A stretch of DNA of 64,000 nucleotides. Source: Podarcis vaucheri (taxonomy: Eukaryota). Location: the NCBI GenBank assembly GCA_965113315.1, contig OZ220378.1; one strand, written 5' to 3'. A program made the position numbers and the translations under genes. The notes beneath the pieces are model-generated. The model saw only the letters and a program-made list of their open reading frames with translations. It was not told the origin of the DNA and ran no database searches. This document shows, in pieces, positions 38,151 to 50,267 of this stretch (positions are counted from its first letter, which is position 1; the number at the start of each line of letters is the position of its first letter).

Positions 38151-41100
38151 TAATAATAAATAATAATAATAATAATAAATTTTATTTATATCCCACCCTC
38201 CCCAGCCGAAGCCGGGCTCAGGGCAGCTAACAACAATAAAACAGTGCAAAAGTACAGCACAAACAACACTCTAAAATCATTCATTATAAAATTAATTAAT
38301 TCAAGCCACTGGCAACCATTGGGCCAGAGCTCTGCGAAGATTGCCGAGGGAGGGAGTCAGGCTGTGCCCTGGCCAAAGGCCTGGTGGAACAGCTCTGTCT
38401 TGCAGGCCCTGCGGAAAGATGTCAAGTCCCACAGGGCCCTGGTCTCTTGGGACAGAGTGTTCCACCAGATCGGAGCCACAGCCGAAAAAGCCCTGGCTCT
38501 AGTTGAGGCCAGCCTAACTTCTCTGTGGCCTGGGACCTTCAAGATGTTTTTATTTGAAGACCGTAAGTTTCTCTGTGGGGCATACCAGGAGAGGCCGTCC
38601 CGTAGGTACGAGGGTCCTAGGCCGTATAGGGCTTTAAAGGTTAAAACCAGCACCTTAAACCTGATCCTGTACTCCACCGGGAGCCAGTGCAGCTGGTATA
38701 GCACCAGGTGAATGTGATCTCGCAGCGAGGACCCCGTAAGGAGTCTCACTGCAGCATTCTGCACCCGCTGGAGTTTCTGGGTCAGTCTCAAGGGCAGACC
38801 CACGTAGAGCGAGTTACAATAATCCACTCTGGAGGTGACTGTCGCGTGGATCACAGTGGCTAGGTCAGGGCGAGAGAGGTAAGGAGCCAACTGCTTAGCT
38901 TGGTGGAGATGGAAAAATGCCGCCTTTGTTATAGCTGCAATCTGCGCCTCCATGGAAAGGGAGGTGTCGAAAATTACACCCAAACTCTTAACGGACGGTG
39001 CTGGCACTAACTGTGCCCCCGCAAGAGATGGGAGTTGCCCCCCCCATCCCATATCGTCCCGTCCCAGCCACAGGACCTCTGTCTTCGAAGGATTTAGCTT
39101 CAACCGGCTCCCACGTAACCATCCAGCCACAGCTTCCAAACATCTGGTCAGTGTGTCTGGGGCCGAGTCAGGATGGCCATCCATCAACAGATAGAGTTGG
39201 GTGTCATCGGCATACTGATGGCAACCCAGCCCAAAACTCCGAACAATCTGGGTGAGGGGGCGCATAAAGATGTTGAAAAGCATTGGGGAGAGTATCGCAC
39301 CCTGAGGTACTCCACACACCAAGGAGTGGCGCGATGACAATTCGCCCCCCCCAAGTGCCACCCTCTGTCCCCGACCAGAGAGAAACGAGCGCAGCCATTG
39401 AAGGACTGTGCCCTGGATCCCCACGTCGGCAAGGCAGTGGTCCAGAGGTTCGTGATCGACCATGTCGAAAGCTGCTGACAGATCTAGAAGAATCAGCAGC
39501 CCTGACCCGCCTCGATCCAGCTGTCTACGAAGATCATCTGTTAGGGCAACCAGAGCCGTCTTGGTCCCATGACCAGCGCGGAAGCCGGACTGGAATGGAT
39601 CCAGAGCCGATGTTTCATCCAGAAACCCACCAAGCTGTTCAGCAACCGCTCTCTCAATCACCTTACCCAGGAACGGAAGATTCGAAACCGGGCGGTAATT
39701 GGATAGATCTAAAGGATCTAATGATGTTTTCTTTAAGAGCGGGCGCACCACTGCCTCCTTCAGTTCCCCTGGGAATGTCCCCGTGCCAAGGGACAAATTG
39801 ATGATATCCCCCAGGAGGGCCCGCACCTCGTCTGGACACACTCTAATCAGCCAAGACAGGCACGGGTCGAGAGGACAGGTGGTGGGCTTTCCAGCTCGGA
39901 GGAGTCTGTCCACATCGGCTGGGGATATCCGGTCGAAGTGGTCCAATACTGGACCTGAGGACAGTCGAGGGGCCTCCAGTTCCTTTATTGTATCCAAATT
40001 GGCAGGGAGGTCATGGCGGAGCAACAAGACCTCCGCAAAAAAGCTCGCAAATGCCTCACAGCTGTGTGTCAAATTGTTATTTAAATTTGGCTGTCCCTCA
40101 AGGGACATTAAAGACCTGATTATACTAAATAATTGCGCTGGGCTGAGAAGTATGACTTCTTAGCAGCCTTCACCGCCATCTCGTAGGTTTTCATAAAAGC
40201 CCTATAAGATGTTCTTGAGGCTCCGTCACAGGCACCCCGCCATACTCGCTCTAGCCGTCTGAGGTCCCGCTTCATTTTCCGGAGCTCCTCGGTAAACCAG
40301 GGAGCCCGGTTTCTGCGGGGTCGCAGAGGGCGCTTAGGTGTGATCTCATCAATGGCTGCCAGGAGCTGGGTATTCCAGCCCTCAACAAGCTCAGTCAATG
40401 AGTCGCCAGGGGGAGCAAGGTCCTGTAAGGCTTGGCGGAATCTATCAGGGTCCATCAGCCTCTGCGGGCGAGCCCAAATCGGCACGCCACCTAAGCGGGG
40501 GGTGGGGTGGAAAGTCAATCCTGGCTTTCAGAGCGTAGTGATCGGACCATGGCACCTTCATTGAAGGAGACATGATCACATCTATACCTACGCCAAAGAT
40601 CAAATCCAGCGTGTGGCCTGCTTGATGTGTGGGGCCCGAAACAAACTGGGAGAGCCCTAGTGTCGCCATGGAAGACACCAGGTCCAGAGCCTGTGAGGAG
40701 GGAGTGGCATCAGCATGGAAGTTGAAGTCTCCCAATACCAATAGGTTAGGGAACTCCAAGGCCCAGCCGGCCACCGCCTCCAATAGGCCTGACAGGGTGG
40801 CTGCTGGTGCGCTAGGTGGCCGGTACACCAGCCAGACAGCCAAGCTCACCTCGGAGCCCCACACTAGGCAAACACATTCAATGCCGGGAATCGATGGCGA
40901 TGGTAGAGCCCTGAAAGAACAATCTTCCCGGATTAATAATGCCACCCCTCCCCCCCGGCCCACAGTCCGCGACTGGTGGAGGACGGAGAAACCCGGGGGC
41001 ACCATCTCTCGTAAGGTAACTGTTGCCCCTTCGCGCACCCAGGTCTCCGTCACACAAGCCAGGTCGACCCCCTGCGAGATAAATAAATCTCACAGGGTGG

Positions 41101-41837
41101 CGGTTTTATTGCCTATAGACCTGGCATTGCACAGCACCACTGACAGAGGTGAGTAATCCTTGCTCACCCTACCCTCGTCCCTCGGGATGAGGCACAGATT
41201 GGAAGGGGTACGAGCATATCCATATCTCGATCCCCTTCGCCTATAACATCTGCCCCCACCGCCACACCTCCCTCGCCCCTCCACGGTAGCAATCCCAAGC
41301 CTCATAGTAGCCTCCATTGATGGCAATTAATGTTATTCTTTCTCAGCCTAAAACAATAAAACCTTAAAACCTTAAAACAATAAAAACAAAAAACAAAAAC
41401 AACCCAGAAAACAATAAAACAATACAAATAAAAACTGCAAAAATTACAAATTCATCAAAATCTAACAAATTCCCAACATCCATCCCACCCACATATATAA
41501 AAAATCTAAAGGGAAAGGAAAATATTTTTTTAAAAAAAACATGTTAAAAAGAACTCTGCACCCCTCTGGGTCCTCCTGGGCAGTAGCAGCATCAGTGGCA
41601 ACAACCATCCTTGTGAGGCCCCACCCTGGGCCGATAGTAAGTGTCAGGAGCAGTCCTTGTGAGGCTTCAGGCCCCGCCCCGGGCCAGGTGGTAAGTGGCA
41701 GGAAGGAGCAGGGCCCTCAGGCACTCGCACAGGGGAGTCCTCCTGGGCAGCAGAGCAGTCCTTGTGAGGCTTCAGGCCCCGCCCCGGGCCAGGTGGTAAG
41801 TGGCAAGAAGGAGCAGGGCCCTCAGGCACTCACACAG
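38151..41837 (-). mobile_element. L2-clade LINE, near full length, endonuclease + reverse transcriptase, disrupted
   Basis: ORFs 41090-41326, 40445-41053 (TETW, YRPP, GDFN, SDH), 40120-40518, 38357-40108 (GVPQG, YADD, LHWLPV); (TTA)n 3' tail; candidate TSD GGAGAA at 38145 and 41838. Confidence 0.92.
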
Positions 41838-41840
41838 GGA
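41648..41840. repeat. 105-bp tandem repeat (~1.8 copies) at L2 5' end
   Basis: gagcagtccttgtgaggcttcaggccccgccccggg at 41648 and 41753. Confidence 0.9.
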
Positions 41841-41999
41841 GAAGAACAAGACAGCCACAATTCATCTGTATCCCATAGTTTCATGAGAACTGCTGTTAAT
41901 TGATGTGTTTTCCTTCAAGCCAGCCTCCCTCTGGTTTGAAAACACAAGCTGTAGTTAAGCTGGCCATGTGCATTTTATGCAAGCACTGCACAGTGCAAT

Positions 42000-42185
42000 G
42001 GCAGTGTGGCATAGTGGTTAGGGTGTCAGGCTAGGACCTGGGAGCCCAGGGTTTGAATCTTCACTCAGACACTCACTGAGTGACCTTGGGCCAGACATTG
42101 CCTCTCAGCCTCACAGGGTATTGGTTGTGGGGGAGAACCACATAAATGACATTGAGCTCCTTAGAGAAAATGGTGGGATATAAAT
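42000..42185 (+). mobile_element. MIR/CORE-like tRNA SINE (second copy ~22110-22290)
   Basis: gcagtgtggcatagtggttag...ctaggacctgggag...gagtgaccttgggcca...ctcagcct. Confidence 0.65.
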
Positions 42186-45100
42186 GCAATCCATAAATAC
42201 ATTTAGCTGGTGTTCAGGGCTAGGGGTTGCTGGCATGGAAAAACACAGCAGGTCATGTGCATCACCCCTGCCTTCCTCTCGGGTGCACAACACTGCTACA
42301 AAGAAACCTGAAATGCTGCTGGAGGGGCAACGGTTAATGTGTCTTGAGTCTGCTCTTAAAACAAATGATATTAATTGAATTGCAGGCAGCTGCGCTTTCT
42401 CCAGGGAGCTGGGTTTGGATCTTCGATTTCTGTAAGCCTTTTAGAACTAACAGGTGAGGCTAATAGAAGTCTCCCTTGAGGCTAATATTCCTGAAAAACA
42501 ATACAATACTGGTGGGTGGTTTGCACTGTCGATAAGCACTTGCTCCTAATGTCTCTAGACTAGCTGCCTCCAGAACTGCTAATGATGGATTTAATAGCTT
42601 TTTAATGCTCTACACGGAAGGAGCGTTGGAAATTTCACTGCAGCTGGTGACGGATGTTTATATCATGAAATCCATCATTAAAATTACTGCCAGCCTTCCC
42701 TTCTCCCTCCAGCACAGCAGCAGAAAGGGCCTTAATGGACTTGCAAAGGCACTTTCCCTTGTCGCAGAATCAGCGGCTTTCTAAATCTTTCCGTAAGGCT
42801 CCAAGGTGGACACCTGACCCAGGACTGTCTGAGCACTGCCACGTCAAAAGAAACAACAACCCCCCAAAACCAAAGCCAGATAGCTAATAATAAAACAAAA
42901 CAAAACAAAACACTTACTGATGACAAATGTATATATTCCCTCAGCAAAGAAATGTGAATCCTTGGCTGTATTTATTGGAACCTTAAATAGAAACCCTTCT
43001 ATATAAGATAGGGATGGAAAACCTCCTGTCTAGGACTAAATGCTCCCCTACAAGTTGTCTCCCAAGGCCCACACCTTCTCTCTCAGGGCCCCGCACCTAA
43101 CAGGTCTTGCTTCTCACCTTCTCATCAGGTGCCTTTGCCTGTCATGTTATTGTCCTGGTTTCATTTTCTTGCTTGAGCTCAGAGAAGCAGCGGGGAGACG
43201 GATGGGACTTAATTCCAACAGTAACCTGCCAAAGCCGGATCTAAGGCAGTACTACCTGTTTGGGTGCACCAGGCACAGTGATTCTGGGATGCTGCAGCAG
43301 GAACTGCAGCCATGAAGTCCAATAGAAGGCAAGAGGGCTGCTAGATTTTGGCGTTGCACAGGGTGCTGCTGGAGTTGGTGATGCCAAGGTTCGCCACTGA
43401 ACCTGGGACAGGTAAATGGAACAGATTGTGAATGTATGCAACTGTGGTCACTTTAAATCTAAATAATAAATGAATTAGGTACATGGGGTTATTCAAAAGG
43501 ATTAATGTTTGAAAGATGCATTTATACCCAGCATTTTTGTTTCACAGTCCACCAGGAGAGAAGGGCTGTAGCTCATTAACAGAGCAGAGGCTTTATTTGT
43601 ACAAGGTCCCGGGATCAATCCCTGGCTGATATGGCAGCTGCTCTTACTAAATTCCTGCCTGAAACCCTGGAGAGATGCTGCTGGCAGTTTATTAAAAAGA
43701 AGCTCCACCCCAGGAGCCGGCAGGGGTTGCTGCGCCGCTGTCTCACAGGGTTGTTGTGAAGATAAAACAGGGATGGAGAGAACGGCATATGCTGCCTTAT
43801 GCTCCTTGTCGGACAGTTGGGATATAAATGTGATGAATTATTATGATGGGATGATGTTGAGACTGTGGCAGTTTGCTAAATAAATAGAAGAGCTAAGATA
43901 TGGTTCACAACAATTAGCCATTATGTTATTCTAGCACTCTGGTTTTATTTTATTTTTTAGCATGCGCATGTGTGTGTGTTTGTGTGTGCATGCGCATGCG
44001 CACCCGCACACTTTAAAGAGTGAAAAACCACTGAAATGCTTGAAATGACATTAATGGAAAAATATAGCCACTTCTCTTCTGTTCTGTAATTTGATGTTTA
44101 ATTGTGATGTTATTTACATGTATTGAATTATTATAGTATAAAATAGATAGAGAAAAACATACCCAAACTTCAAAATTCCTTCTGCCACCTACAGTTACAG
44201 GTAAGTACGCATCTTCCTTCTTATTGCTTCCTGATTAACAGCTGGTAAACTGTGGGCCAGACTCTGGAAAATAGAAAGTGAGAGAGGAGGAGGAGGAGAA
44301 CCGGTTAGATTTCTAAGAGTTTACCAGAGAACAGAAAGTACTATTGCATCAAAGCCAGCTTGGCTAGCAGACAGAGGTAAGCAACCCACAGTGTGCTTTC
44401 AGGAGTTTGGAACATTTCCCAGCTGGGATCCCAGGCTTAGAAAGAGTTTAGCAGCTGGCAGGAATTGGATGATTCTATTGGCAGCCAATCCAGAAACCTG
44501 GCACTGATAGAGGCTGTGCGAAAGCCCAGATCAGGTAGGGGATTTAGTTTCATGGAGCTTTAAGAAATGCTATCGCCTCAATGAGCTATTTCTTTTCATC
44601 CCAGCATAACCAACCGCCCCATTTGTCAATCAACAGACAGCACTTTATTGACTATACCGTCATAATAAATACCTTATATACAGCTGTTCTTGCTCCACAG
44701 TTGTGGTACTCCCTTCCTTTCTAAAGGACTGCCCAAGTAAAAAAAGGGGGGGCATGCAATTTACTTTTCAGACTGGCATTCAGAAGTCTAAAGTCAGGGA
44801 GGCGGAGCATACGAAAACAGTATAACGAGGTGTTTATAGGATACAATGCATGTGTTTTACCTGTTATTTAAAAAGCCCTGGGGAATGGGCCACCTAGAAA
44901 TTGAATTAAGTGATTTATTAGCTTATTATGCACAGAGATTGGCTGGGAAGATCCACTGAAGATGTTGTGCTGGAAACAATGGTAGCTGGTGCATGTTAGA
45001 ATCAAGAGGGCAGAAGGCAGGCAACCCAAATGGTAGGTGGAGCCAGAGCCAATGAAAAGACAGAGTCAACTATGTGCACCTTGCAGCTTGGGTGAATTGG

Positions 45101-46399
45101 ATTGAAAAGATCACTTACAGTTAATGGAGGTCAAAGGCTTTATTCATGCAGGAACTATTTACAGGATGAGTGACAGACCAGGCCCACTGGTGAGGCAAGG
45201 TGAGGTGCCTACCTTGAGCAGAGGAAGCAAGGTGAGGTACCTGCCTCTGCCACCCTCCCCACTGCCTCTACTTCCAGTAGTGGCACCAGTTTCTGGAGAG
45301 ATCTTTCAATATCTAGCTGGAAGCCAGTGCCACTGCTAGTGTTTCCCAACTGTTTCCGTGCAGCACAGTTAAGACAGGTACGGCGGCAGGGCGGCAGTGA
45401 AGGGTGATGATAGCAGAGGGTGCCAGCATGTTCCCATTTCACTTAAAGTGGTGAAACAGAATGTGCCGCCCCTGCTAAGTGAAGCTAAGAAGAATAAAAT
45501 AGTAGGCATGTTGTCTCAACAAGTTGGGAGAGAACAATACACAAAATGGCTTAGCCTTTTAGGGGTGGAGTTAACTTAGAGAGGCTACAAGCAAGTGCTG
45601 GCTAAAATCCAGGAGAGCCATAATAAACAATATGGCTGTAAAAGTCTAGGATCCAATTTTAGGCCTTGCCTGAGGCAGGAGCCTGTTCTGCTACTGTGAT
45701 GACCATTCTCAATGCCTCCATTTATTCTCTGTTCACACAAGGTGTGAAATATCTAGATTGGGAGCCTCAATATTAAATAATTCCTGCTGTGTGGTTCCTT
45801 CTAAGCAGACTGTCCAAAAGGTTACCATGGTATTCTCCTCTCTGAAATGAACATTTAAATCCAAAGAAGAGAAGAGAAAGATGAAGCTATTTGCAATTAA
45901 GAATTAGCATCAGCCAAATGATCTGGAAATTTCCATGGAACAATACCATAAAAAGGAAAACTGCAAGTCAAGGTGGGGTGGGGGACATTGTTCAACATTT
46001 CAATGCCTCTCTGGCTACTGAATTGCAAAACACCAACTTAACTCTGCAGTATGTTTAGAGGAGGGAATGTTTTGGGAACGCTTTATTCCCACTCCATATC
46101 CATTTGCTGCTCTGTCTGCCAAGGATTATCATTGACAACGACAACAATGGTGAGAATTACCTCGGATTATTTAGCTTACTTCTTAGCTGCAAGGGCCAGG
46201 AAGATTTGATCCTTTAACCCCTAACTGTCATAATTGGCAGCAATGAAAAGGACAAGAAAATTACAAATGTAGTTGGGTGTATGTGCAAAACTATGCACAT
46301 TGAGGCAAAAATATAAATGACGTCTATGACAATGGGGGTCTGAGCAAGCAGGTTCGCACTGAGCACAAAAGGGATTGTGGGGTCAGGGTAGGCAGGTCA

Positions 46400-46640
46400 A
46401 TAAAAGTGTTGAGCCAGTGTGAGGCAGCTGTGGAAAAAGGCAAATTCCATGCCAGGGATCATTAGGAAAGGGATGAAAAACACAGCTGCCAATGTTGCAA
46501 TGCCATGACTAATGCAATCCCACTTGAAATACTATGTACACTGCACCTCAAAAAGGGTATTTCAGAACTGGGAAAGGTAGAAAAGAGTATCTAAAATGGC
46601 TGAAGGTCTGAAGCAAATCTCCTATGGCGAAACAGGGTGG
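46400..46640 (+). mobile_element. Degenerate CR1 fragment
   Basis: gagccagtgtgaggcagctgtggaaaaaggcaaattccatg...cacttgaaatactatgtaca resembles CR1 ORF2 SQQC..AAKKAN/HLEYC. Confidence 0.6.
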
Positions 46641-46937
46641 AGATAAAGTCACTAGGAAGCTGGTGGTAAGGATTAGACAATAATGTGTGAATTGTTTTGA
46701 ACAGTCTGGTATGCCTTATATATTCTATGTGGGGGGTATTGGTTTTGTTTGTTATTGTGTTATGTATTTTTGTGTTTAATATTCTAAACTGCCCTGTGAT
46801 CCTTGGGTGAAGGATGGTACAGAAATGTAATAAATAAGCATAATACAACTTGTGCAAGGAAGCCGGTAAAACGTGGGTTGAACAAGGTAACTACTAGGTG
46901 GATTTGTAGCCAGTTAACTGACTGATCCCAAAGAATG

Positions 46938-47452
46938 CATAGCTGTCAAGCGTTCCTTATTTGGAGGGACAGTCCCTTATCCCAGCGCTGTGTCTCGCTG
47001 CTGTCCCTTATTGATGATGTCCCTTAAATTTCCCGGGTTTCAAAGGAAGCAGCTCCTCTCCCTCCCTCCCTGCCAGCCAGGGAGGCTCCAACTGTGTTGC
47101 TTGGCTGCGTTGCTCACCCAATAAGGAGTCTAAGAACGACTGGGGGGTGGAGCTTGCATGCCTTGTGCCGATCAAATTGGCCATGTTGCCTGGGGACTCG
47201 GCTTTGCTCAGCGCTTCCCAGCGGAGAGGGGGTGGTGGTTTTCCTTGCTGCATCCCCTTTGCCAGGTTGCTGCGCTGTGGGAACCACCGCTTGAGGCTTC
47301 GTTTGGCTGCTGGCTGGGCTTTCTGCCTTTGGCTCAGAGGGGCTCAGAAGTCGAACATACCTGCGCTCTGAAAATCCCTTATTTTGGCTGCTGATCCCTT
47401 ATTTCCGAGGCTGCTGGTCCCCTATTTTCAAATATGTAAGTTGACAACTATG
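46938..47452. mobile_element. Non-autonomous hAT-type element (same family as 22539)
   Basis: Same TIRs and shared 5' ~250 bp; flanks caaagaatg/caaagagtg. Confidence 0.85.
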
Positions 47453-47522
47453 CAAAGAGTGCCTGTCTTTATCCTGCTCTTCCCCTCCTTGCAATGCTGC
47501 GTCTTTCCTCCCTGCTGTCCAG

Positions 47523-49153
47523 AGCCTTGACCTGGGGGGCCACCAGCTGATCCACGAGGGGCATCTTCGCTTGCACACCACCCAGAGGAAGACTGTGGGT
47601 CAGTGACTGGCCAAAGCTAGCCCTCTTGGTGGGGAGGGGGATGCACTTCCTTTGAACAGGAATCAAAGAGGGGAGAGGCTGTGGCTTAATGGAGAGTTGG
47701 CGAGAGGGAGCTGGGTGCACCAAGGGAAGGGAAGAGAGGAAACCACACCATCTCTCTCTTAGGCCTGTGTGTGCTGCTCTTCATGGACCTGGTGGTGCTT
47801 CTGGAATGCCACAGGAAGGGGGCACAGAGCCCCTCCTTCAGCCCCATCCTCCCTCTGAATGAGGTCCTCCTCTGTCCCACGGCCACAGGTAAGAAGGGAA
47901 GCCACACAACCATGTTCCTCCTCACTTAAAGAGTACTTAACCTGTAAAGCTGCACAGGCCAGCCCTGCTGTGTGGATGTTTCTTCCATCTTGTCTCTCTT
48001 CTCTGCATTGCTGTACCTGGGCCCACACTCCTGGTATGTGTGTCTATCATTCTTAACTACCTGCCCTTCACTCACAGGTCCCAGGCACGGGCAGAGAAAG
48101 GGGGGTGCGAGGGTGCAGTCTGCTCCAGGTGCCATCCGGGGAGGGGACATCGCCACAGCCCCCCATGCTCACTGCGCCCCCCATACGCTCACCGCAGGCA
48201 GTGGGAGGCTAGCAGCACCCCAACACTCACCGCACGGGTGGCGGGCGGCTAGGGAACTCCGGTCCACTCTGGGTGCTGGAGCAGGTATCTCCGCCTCTGC
48301 TCCCAGGTTGGGTTACAGCAATGAAATTAGTTTAAAACAACCTACTAGCACAGAAATGGGATGCATAGTTTATGAATCACCTTAAGGGTCAACAGCCCAG
48401 GTAAAGACATAGCTACCCACACTAGCTCAGTGTTGTGTTGGAACCCCCTGGAGAAAGATGCTGCCGGAGAGTCACTCAGCTCTTCTCCTTTAGAAAGTCT
48501 CTCTGTCTCTCTCTCTTCCCCTCCCTTTTCCTGGCAAGTGGCTGGAGGATCTGGAGGGGGTCACAAAGAACGCCTGCAGGCAGCCCCCCCAAGGCCCAAC
48601 TGCACCTTCCAGGTGAGGGAGACCTCCACCCTGATGTTTCCTTCTGAACTCAGGGGGGCGAAGGGTTACTTGCACCACACACTCCACCAATGGACATATT
48701 TGCTCCTCTTTTTTTAGGATGCTGGTGCTGGTCCAACATCATGCTGTTTCCATTCCTGTGACTCCAAGGAGAAGGAGCTAGAGTGGGGCTCCTGGCGAGT
48801 TGTTGGAGGTGGCTGGGTGGGTGATGATGGTGGCAGCCTCAGTGGTCAAAGTTTGAGGGTGGCAAGGCATGATGGAAGTATCCTCCCCTCCTCCCCCTCC
48901 TCCTAAGATCTGGGAGGGGTCAAAGCCCCCTGCCCCCCATTGCCTTCTTCCTCTTTTGGACCTTGGTGGAATGGCTTCCTTTCTCCCCTCCCCAGACAGT
49001 AAAATGGTACCCCACCTCTGCCATGCCTGAAATTAAACTGCTGGTGGGAGGAGGACAAGAATGACAGTGAGGAGGATGAAGAGCATGAAGATGACAAGGA
49101 GGAGAACCAGGAGGAGGAGGCAGAGCTCTTGGTCAGGCAACTGCTGCAGGATG
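47523..49153 (+). pseudogene. Intron-containing relic of an RGS-RhoGEF (ARHGEF11/PDZ-RhoGEF-like) gene, PH-domain exons
   Basis: Exons 47523-47598 SLDLGGHQLIHEGHLRLHTTQRKTV; 47763-47888 (G)LCVLLFMDLVVLLECHRKGAQSPSFSPILPLNEVLLCPTAT; 48539-48612 WLEDLEGVTKNACRQPPQGPTAPS. AG/GT borders; recalled ARHGEF11 reads SLDLTTRKMIHEGPL.../DLHVLLLEDLLVLL...CHSK...FSPVLKLNAVLIRSVAT/WMELLEEAVRNA. In-frame deletion, stop and transposon insertion indicate decay. Confidence 0.75.
48086..48299. mobile_element. GC-rich hAT-like MITE
   Basis: Imperfect TIR cacgggcagaga/tctccgcctctg; TSD (g/c)tcccagg. Confidence 0.6.
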
Positions 49154-50267
49154 GCGAGGCTTATTTTTTGTGCCTGCCTTTGCCAGGGCGAGGGGGGCTC
49201 TATGCAACTGCCCTCATATCCAGACAAAAGAGGGAACTGCTGCTGCCACGGCCCACTTTCCTCTCTCCCCCAGAACCTTCTTCTTGTTATTTTTTACAAC
49301 AATGAATACCACAATAAATATTAAACAGTAGTATACGTATCCAGTAGTATACGTATATATAGTAGTATATGTTTGTTCTGTCCACTGAGCTATGCCCTTC
49401 CCCATGTTATAAAAATTATAAGGTGTCAGAAATAAAATGAATGTTCATAAAGAATACTTAAAGCAATACAACAGTCAGATAAATTTCCAAGTGGGGCTAG
49501 ACATATGAGCAGCAGTTAAAAACAACTAGAGTGTAAGATGAATTAAGAGGGGCAGTAATGAAGGAAATTCAGCTAAACAAGGATTAAATAAGAACCCATG
49601 GAGGGATGTGTGGGGAAGTCGAAGAATGATGATCGCTCTAAAGTGCATGTATGGAAAATGCATACAAAATGAATGTTCATAAGTGCACAATGTAAACACA
49701 CATAAGTACATAAACCACATATGTTAAATATTACAGGAGAGCAATCCTGAAACCATCTAGACTTTCTTAAGGACCCCAAATATTTACTCTGCTGTAGAAA
49801 GGACTATCTTGGGAAGAACCTTTCCCAATAGTTATTTTCACTTACAAATCCTTCAAATCCAGTCAAAATAGCACGTTTTGTGTATGAGCAGGGGAGGTTC
49901 AGAAACAATTGGTAGTTACAATTTTCAAAAGAATGACCCAGACGGGCCAAGAAAAGGCAATCAGGAAACATTATCAGGTATCTTGCTTGACGGACAGGAG
50001 ACAAGACACACACTCAAATTTCTGTTGCATTTCTGCCTCTTTCTGTGATATTTATATGATGCTTTTGGGTGGTCTTTGGCTAAGGGTTTGGGCAATTTCT
50101 AAGCCATTAAAGTATGTTACACACCTTTGTTCTGGGTCCTCACCCGCAGCGGTGGCGGGGACTCAATTGCAGCAGAAAAAAATAGTATCTGCCTTGCTTT
50201 GACTGCTTCCTGCCTCCATCAATTCTTCTCTGACTAATAAGAGGGGTAGAAAGCTATGCATGGTAGA

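Noticed and set aside
38244-41156. + strand ORFs of 150-175 aa
   Set aside because: Antisense shadows of the L2 ORF.
44580-44595. NELFL peptide as start of a DH domain
   Set aside because: Five residues without supporting splice sites or continuation; chance level.
47972-48385. 137-aa ORF as a standalone gene
   Set aside because: Mostly a GC-rich transposon read-through; no ATG start.
49420-50250. Possible old LINE or additional gene
   Set aside because: Too degenerate to assign by eye.
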